From: an uncultured Rhodobacterales bacterium
GTDB taxonomy: Bacteria > Pseudomonadota > Alphaproteobacteria > Rhodospirillales > Rhodospirillaceae
Assembly (NCBI GenBank): GCA_964475755.1
Contig: CAYYXR010000033.1
Coordinates: forward strand, 1 to 32,000
Direction of reading: 5' to 3'
DNA length: 32,000 nt
Of the stretch, positions 7,917 through 15,938 are shown piece after piece. The notes under the pieces were generated by a model. It had not been told where the DNA came from, searched no databases, and saw only the letters and a list, made by a program, of their open reading frames with translations. A program made the position numbers and the translations under genes. Position 1 is the first letter of the stretch. The number at the start of each line of letters is the position of its first letter.

Positions 7917-8552
7917 TTACCCGTGATGTCGGTCCTTTCCGCCTGATCCGCCGACCCGTAAAAGATCGTCGGCCAGCTTTTTCTGTTCATCCGACAAGGC
8001 GGCGTAGAGCGGTTCAATGGCGCCGCGTACCTTCTTTTGTTGAGCTTTAGCCTTCTCCAGACGGCTTTGCGAGCGCTCAATCATTTGCTCGGCCTGCGTT
8101 AGCCGGTCGAGCACCGTTTCTTCGCGGTGTTCTCCACGATCCTCGCGGAAGTTTTTCATCCGTGATCTCATGTCTTCGCGGCTGACTTGAGCCTCCTTCG
8201 TGATTTCGCGCATGGTCTCGGCAAATGTGTTCCAGACCTTTGTTTGTGCATCGGTGATCTTCAGCTCCGTTTTCAGGAATGCAAGCCGGCCTTCGATATG
8301 TTCGCCGAACTCACCGCGTATGCCGCCATGCCGACCGGGGCCCATACGGTCAAAGCCACGTTCGACGTGGTCCATGACGCGCTCGCGCAGGCGTTCGTAT
8401 CGGTCTCCATGGCCAGGTTCGGCAGCATTGCCGGCTTGGGTGTATGCAGCACCAAGCGTTCCCAGGCCGATGACGCTGCCCAACGCGGCGGCGATGACCA
8501 GCCTGCGGGCCCGGCGCTCTGATAAATTTTGCGCGGAATTTTCTTCTGACAT
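7917..8552 (-). CDS. Secreted Spy/CpxP-family (LTXXQ-motif) periplasmic protein
   Basis: ATG at 8552 with GGAAAGGAAAAGCC upstream. Signal-like RRARRLVIAAALGSVIGLGTLGAAYTQA. LTXXQ-like motifs LKITDAQ and LSDEQ. Highly charged and helical. Confidence 0.7.
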   Translation of the reverse strand: MSEENSAQNLSERRARRLVIAAALGSVIGLGTLGAAYTQAGNAAEPGHGDRYERLRERVMDHVERGFDRMGPGRHGGIRGEFGEHIEGRLAFLKTELKITDAQTKVWNTFAETMREITKEAQVSREDMRSRMKNFREDRGEHREETVLDRLTQAEQMIERSQSRLEKAKAQQKKVRGAIEPLYAALSDEQKKLADDLLRVGGSGGKDRHHG

Positions 8553-8813
8553 GGCTTTTCCTTTCCTATGTCCCAACGGCGTACAGACGAAAAACTGCCT
8601 GGATTGCCGCCTCCATGTCCTTAGAACGGCGCGCATTTGCTCGTCCGTCGCTTACAGGGCTGTCATGATGGTTTCTGCCTTCCGCGTTTTTCTGCGACGG
8701 AACCGCCTGTCCCGCCCGTTAAATTCCCTGGAAGCGCTGCGCGCAGTTGCGGGAGCCGGACCGGCGTGAAATTGTCCAAGGCCGAAATATTGAATGACAG
8801 GCGGGAATTAGGC

Positions 8814-9386
8814 ATGTCGGCGGCGGCCCCTATGCGCGAAGAGGCCTGGACAAATGACGCTGAATTGGTGCGCCGCGCGGCGGGCGGCGATCAGACCGCG
8901 TGGCGGCGTATTGTCGAGATCAATCTGCTGCATATCCACGGGCTCGCGTATCGCATGAGCCTGTCGGAGCAACAGGCCGAGGACGTCAGCCAAGAGGCGT
9001 TCTTGCGTCTGTGGAAAATCGCACCGAGGTGGAAGCCGGATGCAAAGGTGTCCACGTGGTTGTATCGGGTGGCGCGCAATTTGATGATTGACGTCATCCG
9101 CAAGCGCAAGACCGAAGCGTCCGAGGATCTTGGCGAGGACATTCAATCCGATGCGCCGACGCCCCATGAAATTCTTTCCGCCGAGCGCGGGCGCGCGCAG
9201 ATTGGTGACGCAATCAAGCGTCTGCCGGAACGTCAGCGCACGGCCATCATGCTGGTGCATTTCGGCGAGTGCAGCGGGGCCGAGGCGGCGGAAATCATGA
9301 ACGTATCCGTTGAAGCGATAGAGTCGTTGTTGGCGCGCGGCCGCCGGGGGTTGAAAAAGATTCTGGCGTCCGAGGGCGCCGTTTAA
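8814..9386 (+). CDS. ECF (sigma-70 family group 4) RNA polymerase sigma factor
   Basis: Region 2 (DVSQEAFLRLWK, STWLYRVARNLMIDVIRKR) and region 4 (LPERQRTAIMLVHFGECSGAEAAEIMNVSVEAIESLLARGRRGL). The upstream 8637 start is an unlikely extension. Confidence 0.85.
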   Translation: MSAAAPMREEAWTNDAELVRRAAGGDQTAWRRIVEINLLHIHGLAYRMSLSEQQAEDVSQEAFLRLWKIAPRWKPDAKVSTWLYRVARNLMIDVIRKRKTEASEDLGEDIQSDAPTPHEILSAERGRAQIGDAIKRLPERQRTAIMLVHFGECSGAEAAEIMNVSVEAIESLLARGRRGLKKILASEGAV

Positions 9387-9397
9387 GGAGTAAGGCG

Positions 9398-9859
9398 ATG
9401 GAATACACGGAACACGATCTGCGCCGGGTCAGGGAGCTTATCGAGGCTTACGGCGTATCGCCGCAGCGATGGCCGGAGGATGAACGCCGCCTGGCACCGC
9501 TTCTGAACGAGCCGCCCATTGCGCAAATGGTGCGCGAAGAAACGGTGTTGGATGAATTGATCGGGTCCGCGCCCGCGCCGGCGCCGAGCCAGCAGTTATA
9601 TAACGCGGTTCTCTCCATGCCGTCGGGCCAGTCCGCCCGTGCGGCGTTCACGTTTGGGATTTGGCCGTTCCGCGCAGCGTGGCAGCCCGCGACATTGGCC
9701 GTCGCGGCCTTGGTTGCCGGTATTGCCGCGGGGCAGTTCACACAAGTGCAGTCGCCAGTGCAGGAGCCGGCAGGGCTTGGCCTTGACGAGGAGCTGGTCG
9801 TGGCCATGGGTGAGTTGGCTTTGGGCTCGATCTATTTGGATACGGACATAGAGCAATGA
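9398..9859 (+). CDS. Probable single-pass anti-sigma factor
   Basis: Lies immediately downstream of the ECF sigma gene (AAGGAG RBS, 11-nt gap). Soluble N-terminal domain followed by one TM segment (PATLAVAALVAGIAAGQF). No ZAS HxxxCxxC motif. Confidence 0.5.
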   Translation: MEYTEHDLRRVRELIEAYGVSPQRWPEDERRLAPLLNEPPIAQMVREETVLDELIGSAPAPAPSQQLYNAVLSMPSGQSARAAFTFGIWPFRAAWQPATLAVAALVAGIAAGQFTQVQSPVQEPAGLGLDEELVVAMGELALGSIYLDTDIEQ

Positions 9860-10383
9860 ACTGGAACAAATTTCTGGGCCTGGCCATCGTCGTCTCCGTC
9901 GCCGTCAATTTACTGCTGGCGGGGTTCATCATCGGGCGGATGATCCCGGAACGAGACCGGTTTAGCGAGCGGGTTAGCGCGCTTCAACGTGATGTCGGCC
10001 GCGAAGTGGAACGAAGTATGCGAGAGCGAATGCAGAACAACGGTGAACCGGAAGGCCAGATCGGAGATCTCAACATTATCTCCGGCGCCATGGCGGTTGG
10101 TGAGCAGTCGCGTCGAACCGTGCGCGATATCGCCCGCGAACATGCCGGCGATATGCGTGACGTCATCCGCGGCGTTCGGGAAAAGCGCCGCGAAATTCTG
10201 CGCCTGCTGGCCGAAGAGCCGGAAAACCTGGAAAAAATCGAGGGTGAATTCGATGCATTGTCGAACATGGCGGCCGATGCGCAGCGACGCGCACAGCAAA
10301 TTGTGCTAGATATCGCGCGGCAACTTCCAGAAGACGAACGCGCGGCATTTTTGCGCGGCGCATCGCGTCCTGCACGGCGATAG
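9856..10383 (+). CDS. Membrane-anchored periplasmic helical protein (CpxP/CnrX-like 'periplasmic heavy metal sensor' type)
   Basis: ATGA overlap with the anti-sigma gene. N-terminal TM segment FLGLAIVVSVAVNLLLAGFIIG, followed by a charged helical domain (REKRREILRLLAEEPENLEKIEGEFDAL). Confidence 0.5.
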   Translation: MNWNKFLGLAIVVSVAVNLLLAGFIIGRMIPERDRFSERVSALQRDVGREVERSMRERMQNNGEPEGQIGDLNIISGAMAVGEQSRRTVRDIAREHAGDMRDVIRGVREKRREILRLLAEEPENLEKIEGEFDALSNMAADAQRRAQQIVLDIARQLPEDERAAFLRGASRPARR

Positions 10384-10400
10384 ATGAGAGGTTTTGAATA

Positions 10401-10994
10401 TTGGCATCGGTTGAGCATGCAGGGCAGGCACAGGCGATATTGGATTTTTGGTTTGGCGCGCCGGGAACACCCGAGTATGCAGGTCCACGCGGCATCTGGT
10501 TCAAGAAGAACAAAGACTTTGACGAAGCCATTCGTGCGGCGCACATGGAAGACTACGAGCGCGCCCGCGATGATCTGTATGACGGTTGGATGCGCGAGGC
10601 ATCAACATCCCTGGCGCTCGTAATCGCGCTCGATCAATTCCCGCGCAACCTCTTTCGCGATGACCCCCGCACTTTTGCCGCGGACGTAAAGGCGCTTTCT
10701 GTTGGGCTCAATGCCGTCAATCAAGATTTCGACAAGGCGCTGCCGCCGCATCAGAGCATTTTCTTTTATCTGCCGTTTGAGCACAGCGAAATGCTGGAAG
10801 TGCAAATGAGGTGCGCGGACTTGATCTAGGCCATGCCGGACTTCGAACTCAAGGAGGGCTACCTGGGTTATGCCCTGCGGCACCTGGAAATTATCCAGCG
10901 CTTCGGCCGCTTTCCCCACCGTAATAAAATTCTTGGCCGCGAAAGCACTCCGGAGGAAAAAGAGTTCCTCAAGCAGCCGAATTCCGGCTTCTAG
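10401..10994 (+). pseudogene. DUF924-family gene interrupted by an in-frame TAG at 10827-10829
   Basis: N-terminal part has ILDFWFG..., LALVIALDQFPRNLFR and YLPFEHSE. The same frame continues after the TAG with the family's C-terminal signature HLEIIQRFGRFPHRNKILGRESTPEEKEFL, ending at TAG 10992-10994. Confidence 0.75.
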
Positions 10995-11088
10995 CGCACT
11001 TCGCGCATACCCTTTATTCATTTCCAAAATATAGGCAGCGATGCGCGACCTATTTATAGTGGCGCTTTGCATAAGCGGGGAGTTGGTC

Positions 11089-11532
11089 ATGAGCCTTTTA
11101 GATCTTTCGTCAGGTCCGTCGCCCATATTGGCGCCGGTCATCGCTCTTGTTCTCTGGTCTCTGGTGATGTGGGTGTGGCTGTATGCCACTCGCATTCCCG
11201 CCATCATCAAGAACAAGATCAGTTACGATCCGCGCACGCCGGTTGCTGAATTCCAGGCCAAGATGCCACCGCAGGTGCGCTGGGTGGCCGACAACTACAA
11301 CCATCTGATGGAGCAGCCGACGATCTTTTATGCGCTCGCGCTGGCCTTGGCCTTGATGGGCGAGGGGGACGGTGTCAACCTCACGCTGGCCTGGGCTTAT
11401 GTCGGACTACGCGTCGTGCATTCTCTCGTTCAGGCCACCGTCAACATCATCATTCTGCGTTTCGCTGTATTTACCGTGAGCTCATTTATACTTCTGGTTA
11501 TGGCGGCGCGTGCGGCCACGGTTGTGTTTTGA
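11089..11532 (+). CDS. MAPEG-family membrane protein
   Basis: ATG at 11089 with GGGGAG upstream. About four TM segments. NYNHLMEQPTIFYALALAL and VGLRVVHSLVQATVN patterns. Confidence 0.65.
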   Translation: MSLLDLSSGPSPILAPVIALVLWSLVMWVWLYATRIPAIIKNKISYDPRTPVAEFQAKMPPQVRWVADNYNHLMEQPTIFYALALALALMGEGDGVNLTLAWAYVGLRVVHSLVQATVNIIILRFAVFTVSSFILLVMAARAATVVF

Positions 11533-11536
11533 GTTT

Positions 11537-11556
11537 GCATTGATACATATCAATGC
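11537..11556. promoter_or_regulatory. AT-rich 20-bp palindrome (candidate operator) upstream of the flavodoxin-like gene
   Basis: GCATTGATA-CA-TATCAATGC has perfect 9-bp arms. It starts 5 nt after the MAPEG stop codon and ends 32 nt before the ATG at 11589. Confidence 0.35.
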
Positions 11557-11588
11557 TTGGTTATCGGTAATGCTTTAGTCTGTGATTC

Positions 11589-12083
11589 ATGAACAAAATT
11601 CTCGTCGCCTATTACTCCTGGACCGGGCACACGGCCAAGATTGCCGAAGCGCTCGCGCAAAAGCTCTCTGCCGATGTCGAAGTCATTAAGGATGCGCGTC
11701 CTCGTGTCGCGGGCGGGTGGTCCTATTTTATGGCGGCCGTGCAATCCCTGTTTAGGTGGCGTCCGGCCATCGCGCCGAGCGAGATAAATGTCAGCGCCTA
11801 CGATCTTGTCATTCTCGGCTGCCCGGTTTGGGCGGGCCAGATGGCGCCGCCCATGCGCTCATATATGGCGCGGGAGCATGGCCGATTTCGGCGCATCGCG
11901 TTGTTCTGCACCGAAGGCGGCGCCGGCGGCGACAAGGTACTCATATCAATGGCTGTTCATGCCGGGCAAAGCCCCATGGCATGGCTTGTCGTGACCAAGC
12001 CTGATCTGGAGGGTGACGCCTGGCAAGCGCGCGTTGATGCGTTCATTGCCGACATCAAAGCGTGGGGCACCAGGCCGGACTAG
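11589..12083 (+). CDS. Flavodoxin-family protein
   Basis: N-terminal KILVAYYSWTGHTAKIAEALA (FMN phosphate-binding loop type) and LVILGCPVWAGQM. Confidence 0.75.
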   Translation: MNKILVAYYSWTGHTAKIAEALAQKLSADVEVIKDARPRVAGGWSYFMAAVQSLFRWRPAIAPSEINVSAYDLVILGCPVWAGQMAPPMRSYMAREHGRFRRIALFCTEGGAGGDKVLISMAVHAGQSPMAWLVVTKPDLEGDAWQARVDAFIADIKAWGTRPD

Positions 12084-12096
12084 CCTTTCAGCCCGA

Positions 12097-12963
12097 TTAG
12101 CCTTTCAGATAGTGATCCCAGAACGCTACCGTGCGCGACCACGCATGTGATGCCGCCGCAGCGTCGTAACGCGCCTGACTGGTGTCGTTATGAAAGCCGT
12201 GGCCGGTGCCAGGATACATATGAATGCTATAGGGCACGTTGTGTGCGTCCATCGCCGCGCGGAAACCGGGAATGCCTTCATTAATGAGCGGATCGTTGCC
12301 CGCGAAATGCATCATCACCGGCACTTTGACCTTTGCGACGTCCTCGGCGCTTAAAACCCTGCCATAAAATCCAGCTGCCGCGCTCAAGCCTTCGACTTCG
12401 ACAGCGCATTGCAGTGAAACGCCGCCGCCATAACAGAATCCGACTGAGCCGACCTTGCCGGTGCAATCGGCGTGGTTTGCCAAGAACGGCACGGCGGCCA
12501 TCACGTCCGCGCCGATACGCGCACGGTCGGTGTTGGCGAACAGATCGCGTGCGGCCTCCTGGTCTTCCGGTGCGCCGCCCGCGACCGTCAATCCATCCGG
12601 CGCCACGGCGAAATACCCGGCCAGGGCCGCGCGGCGTGCCACGTCCTCGATATGTTTATTGAGTCCGCGGTTCTCGTGAATGATCATCGCGCCCGGCAAT
12701 TTGCCCGCGCCCTTGGGCCAGGCGCTGTAGGCGCGCACCTTTCCGTCCGCACCGTCGTACTCGATATAACCTGCCTCGAGGCGTTCGTCATTTTCGTCCA
12801 CCTGACGGCCGTAGGCGTAGTTGGGTTCGACAAGCGGCAGCATCACCGCTGCGCCGGCCGCACCCACGACCTTCGTGACCCGCGCCAGAAATTCTTGGCG
12901 CGAAAGTGAGGTGTGAATGTACTCGCTATAAAGATCGACAACACGCTGATCGACTTTGGGCAT
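12097..12963 (-). CDS. Dienelactone hydrolase family protein
   Basis: ATG at 12963 with GAGGAGAAAAGCC upstream. IIHENRGLN, nucleophile context VGFCYGGG, and a C-terminal GTGHGFHND His motif. Confidence 0.85.
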   Translation of the reverse strand: MPKVDQRVVDLYSEYIHTSLSRQEFLARVTKVVGAAGAAVMLPLVEPNYAYGRQVDENDERLEAGYIEYDGADGKVRAYSAWPKGAGKLPGAMIIHENRGLNKHIEDVARRAALAGYFAVAPDGLTVAGGAPEDQEAARDLFANTDRARIGADVMAAVPFLANHADCTGKVGSVGFCYGGGVSLQCAVEVEGLSAAAGFYGRVLSAEDVAKVKVPVMMHFAGNDPLINEGIPGFRAAMDAHNVPYSIHMYPGTGHGFHNDTSQARYDAAAASHAWSRTVAFWDHYLKG

Positions 12964-12988
12964 GGCTTTTCTCCTCATCTTCATCCGC

Positions 12989-13384
12989 TCACGGCGGGGC
13001 GTTCGGGCCTTCGAAGCGGCTGCTTAAATCCATCACGCGATTTGCCAGATATTCCACCCAATAGCGTACAAACGGGTCCACGGCGCCCAGTTTCTTTTGC
13101 AGAAAACGGTGCGGGATTTTCAAAAGTTCGGCACCGTCCTTTGTGAACGCCGTCGCGGTGCGCGTTCGGTTGTTGAGTAGCGACATCTCGCCAAACATCT
13201 GGCCGCGCCCGACCTTGGCGAGAAACACAGGCTCGTTATTTTCCTTGAAGGTGAAAATTTCCACCTCGCCGCGCATGACAATGTAAGCGATGTCCCCGGC
13301 TTCGCCTTTTCTGAAAATATTGATACCCGGCCCGACGACCTGTCGCTCAAGTATCTTTTCGATGCCGTCCAGGGAAAAGCTCAC
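12989..13384 (-). CDS. Stand-alone cyclic-nucleotide-binding domain protein
   Basis: FGEMSLLNNRTRTATA phosphate-binding-cassette motif. GTG start forms a GTGA overlap with the USP stop. Confidence 0.8.
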   Translation of the reverse strand: MSFSLDGIEKILERQVVGPGINIFRKGEAGDIAYIVMRGEVEIFTFKENNEPVFLAKVGRGQMFGEMSLLNNRTRTATAFTKDGAELLKIPHRFLQKKLGAVDPFVRYWVEYLANRVMDLSSRFEGPNAPP

Positions 13385-13902
13385 GCGCTGTCCTTCGCCA
13401 ATCCGGGTACGACAGTCACAGGAATGCCGACCTTGCCCGCGAACTTGCCGGTGACGGCCTCCACCAGCGGGCCCGGTTTTTTCCCGACCGCCGAGGAGAG
13501 AATAAGCATGGACAGCTCCGGATTCTCCTTCACCAGCTTGAACAGTTGATCGCGCCGGTTGCCCTTGCGCACGTATAGATCCGGCTCGCGTCCGGTTTCC
13601 TTCAGAACCCGCTGGGCATACACGCGCAGCACGCCTTCCGCGTCGTCGCGCGCTTCTCTGTCCGCCAACTCTTTCACGAACTCATAGTGCATGAAGTCGG
13701 GGTCGACGTCATAGACGTAGAGCAGGGCGATCTTGCCGCCGGTGGAGCGCGCGCGGGTGCAGGCATAGCGGATGGCCGCATCCAATTCGGCGGTTTCGTC
13801 CACCACCACCAGGAACTGACGGTTTTGTTCCAGGTGATAGGCAGCAATGCTGCCCTTCGGCGCGGTGTCGCTTGACGATGACTGCGGGGCTGCGGATGCC
13901 AT
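13381..13902 (-). CDS. Universal stress protein (UspA) family
   Basis: FLVVVDET..., ALLYVYDV, and a C-terminal GKFAGKVGIPVTVVPG pattern. Confidence 0.8.
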   Translation of the reverse strand: MASAAPQSSSSDTAPKGSIAAYHLEQNRQFLVVVDETAELDAAIRYACTRARSTGGKIALLYVYDVDPDFMHYEFVKELADREARDDAEGVLRVYAQRVLKETGREPDLYVRKGNRRDQLFKLVKENPELSMLILSSAVGKKPGPLVEAVTGKFAGKVGIPVTVVPGLAKDSA

Positions 13903-13922
13903 GGTGCGTTTTGTGCGCGTAC

Positions 13923-14264
13923 CTATTCTTTATCGAAACCTGCGGCGTCCCAGGCAAGGAAGCCGCCTTCCATGCGCTTGATCACGCCTTTGTAGCCGGC
14001 GGCGACGGCTTTTTCCGCCACAAGACCGCAACGGCGTCCGCTGCGGCAATGAAAGACCAAGTGCCTTTCGCCGGGATCGGGAATTTCGCTCGGATTGAAG
14101 GTAGACAGTGGCATCAAGATCGCGCCGGGAATATGTGCTTCGCCCCATTCGTTGGCCTCGCGCACATCCACGATCACCGCGGCGTCCGCGTCGCGCCACT
14201 CTTTGATCTGAGCAGGGCTCACATAATAAACCTGATCCGGCGGCAGGGACATTTTACGCTCCAT
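13923..14264 (-). CDS. Single-domain rhodanese-like sulfurtransferase
   Basis: Active-site loop HCRSGRRC and IVDVREANEW. The start may instead be the second ATG at 14252, which has GGAG upstream. Confidence 0.85.
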   Translation of the reverse strand: MERKMSLPPDQVYYVSPAQIKEWRDADAAVIVDVREANEWGEAHIPGAILMPLSTFNPSEIPDPGERHLVFHCRSGRRCGLVAEKAVAAGYKGVIKRMEGGFLAWDAAGFDKE

Positions 14265-14474
14265 GAAATCGAAATATGACGGTCAGTTTACGCTACTGCG
14301 TGCGAGTCTGAGAAGCTTGGAGGGGTAAAATTGGTTAACTGGGTCGAAAAACACGATGACCGGTGCAATTTACGTTCAAAGCCGTGCGAAATGCGCGCTT
14401 AACCGTGCAGCCGTGCACGGCAAACCGTTGCTTCATAAACGGTAAATCTGCGCGGAGTAGGGCGAAAAACGGCT

Positions 14475-15575
14475 CTAAACCGCGCTTCTGCGCAGGGCCA
14501 GCCGTAGCCCTTTCCATACCGACCCGGTCTCGAAGAAGCGAATACCCCACACACAGCCGAACCAGATGGATGCGATGACCACGGCCGATCCGATGGAAAG
14601 GGTCGATAAACCCGACAGCCCTTGGCCGAATGTGCAGCCCAGCGCCAGCGTTCCGCCGGTGCCCATGAGCGCGCCGCCGATGATATGCCGCGCGAAATCC
14701 GCGCGCTCGGTGAAGGTTTCAACGCTCAAATTGCCGGTTGCGGCGGCGTAAACGAACGATCCGACCGGCACACCAAGCAGCGTAAACATGCCGAGCAGGG
14801 CGCCGCTCACACCGAAGGCCGCGATACTTTGAACGAGATCCGCCGCCGGAGGTACGAAATTAAGCGCGGTTTTGTCGGCAAGGCCGCCGTACGCGGTCAA
14901 AATTTCACCGGCGAGCCATGCCGCGGGAACCGTCAATCCAATCACAAGGGCGCCGAAAAGTTGGTCTTTGGTGGCGCGAAACCAGTCGTCCCTGAGACAA
15001 AAAACCAGCATGCCGCCGCCGATGATTGCGGTGAACACCCAGCGCGCCGCCTCCGCGTTGATTCCCGGAAACACGGCGAGGAAGCGGTCGAAACCGGGCG
15101 CCATCAGCGTCACCATGTCGCCGAAATCGGTGAGATACACATTGGCCGGTTTGAGAAATCCATAGGTCGTGAGCGCCGCGAAGATGCCGATGACAATCAC
15201 CGTGATCAGCGATTTCACCGAGCCGGCGCCGATGCGCACCAAAGCCCGATTGACGCAGCCGCCGGCCAAACTCATGCCGAATCCGAACATGACGCCGCCG
15301 AGAACGAGCGCGAGCCACGACAGGCGCGGCACCAAATAGGCTGATGTGCCGAGGTTCACCAAACCCGCGGATTCCAAGGCTTGCGTGCCGATCAGCGCGG
15401 CGCCGCCGGCCATCATCCACGCGCGCATGCGCCGCCAATCCTTGGCGAACATGATGTCGGCCACCGCACCGAGGGCGCAGAAATTGGAGGCAAATGCGGC
15501 CGCGCCGACAACGGCGCCAAGTCCCAAACCGATGAGCACCGTTAATATGGCCGGGGAAAAGTCCACGCGAATCAT
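14475..15575 (-). CDS. YeeE/YedE family (thiosulfate/sulfur-compound transport) membrane protein
   Basis: Polytopic and Gly-rich, with the repeated Cys-containing motifs of the family (ASNFCALGA, LAGGCVNRAL, LALGCTFGQG). Confidence 0.85.
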   Translation of the reverse strand: MIRVDFSPAILTVLIGLGLGAVVGAAAFASNFCALGAVADIMFAKDWRRMRAWMMAGGAALIGTQALESAGLVNLGTSAYLVPRLSWLALVLGGVMFGFGMSLAGGCVNRALVRIGAGSVKSLITVIVIGIFAALTTYGFLKPANVYLTDFGDMVTLMAPGFDRFLAVFPGINAEAARWVFTAIIGGGMLVFCLRDDWFRATKDQLFGALVIGLTVPAAWLAGEILTAYGGLADKTALNFVPPAADLVQSIAAFGVSGALLGMFTLLGVPVGSFVYAAATGNLSVETFTERADFARHIIGGALMGTGGTLALGCTFGQGLSGLSTLSIGSAVVIASIWFGCVWGIRFFETGSVWKGLRLALRRSAV

Positions 15576-15584
15576 CCTCTACAA

Positions 15585-15598
15585 TCTGCGGGCGCAGA
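15585..15598. promoter_or_regulatory. 14-bp palindrome in the 39-bp yeeE-tusA divergent intergenic region
   Basis: TCTGCG-GG-CGCAGA has perfect 6-bp arms and is nearly centred between the two start codons (15575 and 15615). Confidence 0.3.
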
Positions 15599-15614
15599 GT
15601 ATAGTGCCCGCGCC

Positions 15615-15860
15615 ATGACGCAAGCGCACAGCACGTCTTCTCCGGTCCTGATCGATGCCCGCGGCCTTAATTGCCCGCTGCCGGTCCTCAAACTGCGCAA
15701 GACATTGCGGGGCTTGCCGCCCGGTGCCGTTGTGGACCTTTTCGCCACGGACCGCGCCGCCCTGCGCGATGTTCCCGCGTTCTGCACCGCGCATGGCCAC
15801 GCCTTCGAGGTTTCCGAGGCCGGCAACTACCTTTCCTTTCGCATCATCACAAAACCTTGA
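15615..15860 (+). CDS. tusA: TusA-family sulfurtransferase (sulfur carrier)
   Basis: Conserved GLNCPLPVLKLRKTL active-site Cys motif in an 81-aa protein. Confidence 0.85.
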   Translation: MTQAHSTSSPVLIDARGLNCPLPVLKLRKTLRGLPPGAVVDLFATDRAALRDVPAFCTAHGHAFEVSEAGNYLSFRIITKP

Positions 15861-15917
15861 GTGCGATTGCACATTTTTTGGGCTTAGGGCGTACGGTGCT
15901 TGAATAATGGGCGTGCG

Positions 15918-15938
15918 GCGGTGCACTATTGGCACCGC
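15918..15938. promoter_or_regulatory. Inverted repeat GCGGTGC-N7-GCACCGC upstream of the ammonium transporter gene
   Basis: Perfect 7-bp arms at 15918-15924 and 15932-15938, about 125 nt upstream of the ATG at 16063. Overlaps a TGGCAC hexamer. Confidence 0.3.

Noticed and set aside
8698-8720. ECF-type autoregulatory promoter (CGGAAC ... CGTT) upstream of the sigma factor gene
   Set aside because: The spacer between the GGAAC-like and CGTT-like elements is only 13 nt, versus the roughly 16-17 nt expected, so I do not call it.
8637-8813. Upstream extension of the ECF sigma ORF; similarly 4413-4694 for the small acidic ORF and 22507-22593 for ctaC
   Set aside because: The extensions use TTG/GTG starts without an RBS, add non-homologous low-complexity residues and invade divergent promoter regions. 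Internal starts with Shine-Dalgarno-like sequences fit better.
10602-11216. 204-aa minus-strand ORF
   Set aside because: Overlaps both the DUF924 C-terminal region and the MAPEG start on the opposite strand. The plus-strand genes have clear family signatures and this ORF has none.
14622-15344. 240-aa plus-strand ORF, plus other ORFs inside 14475-15575
   Set aside because: Antisense or alternative-frame to the YeeE/YedE gene. Charged, low-complexity translation.
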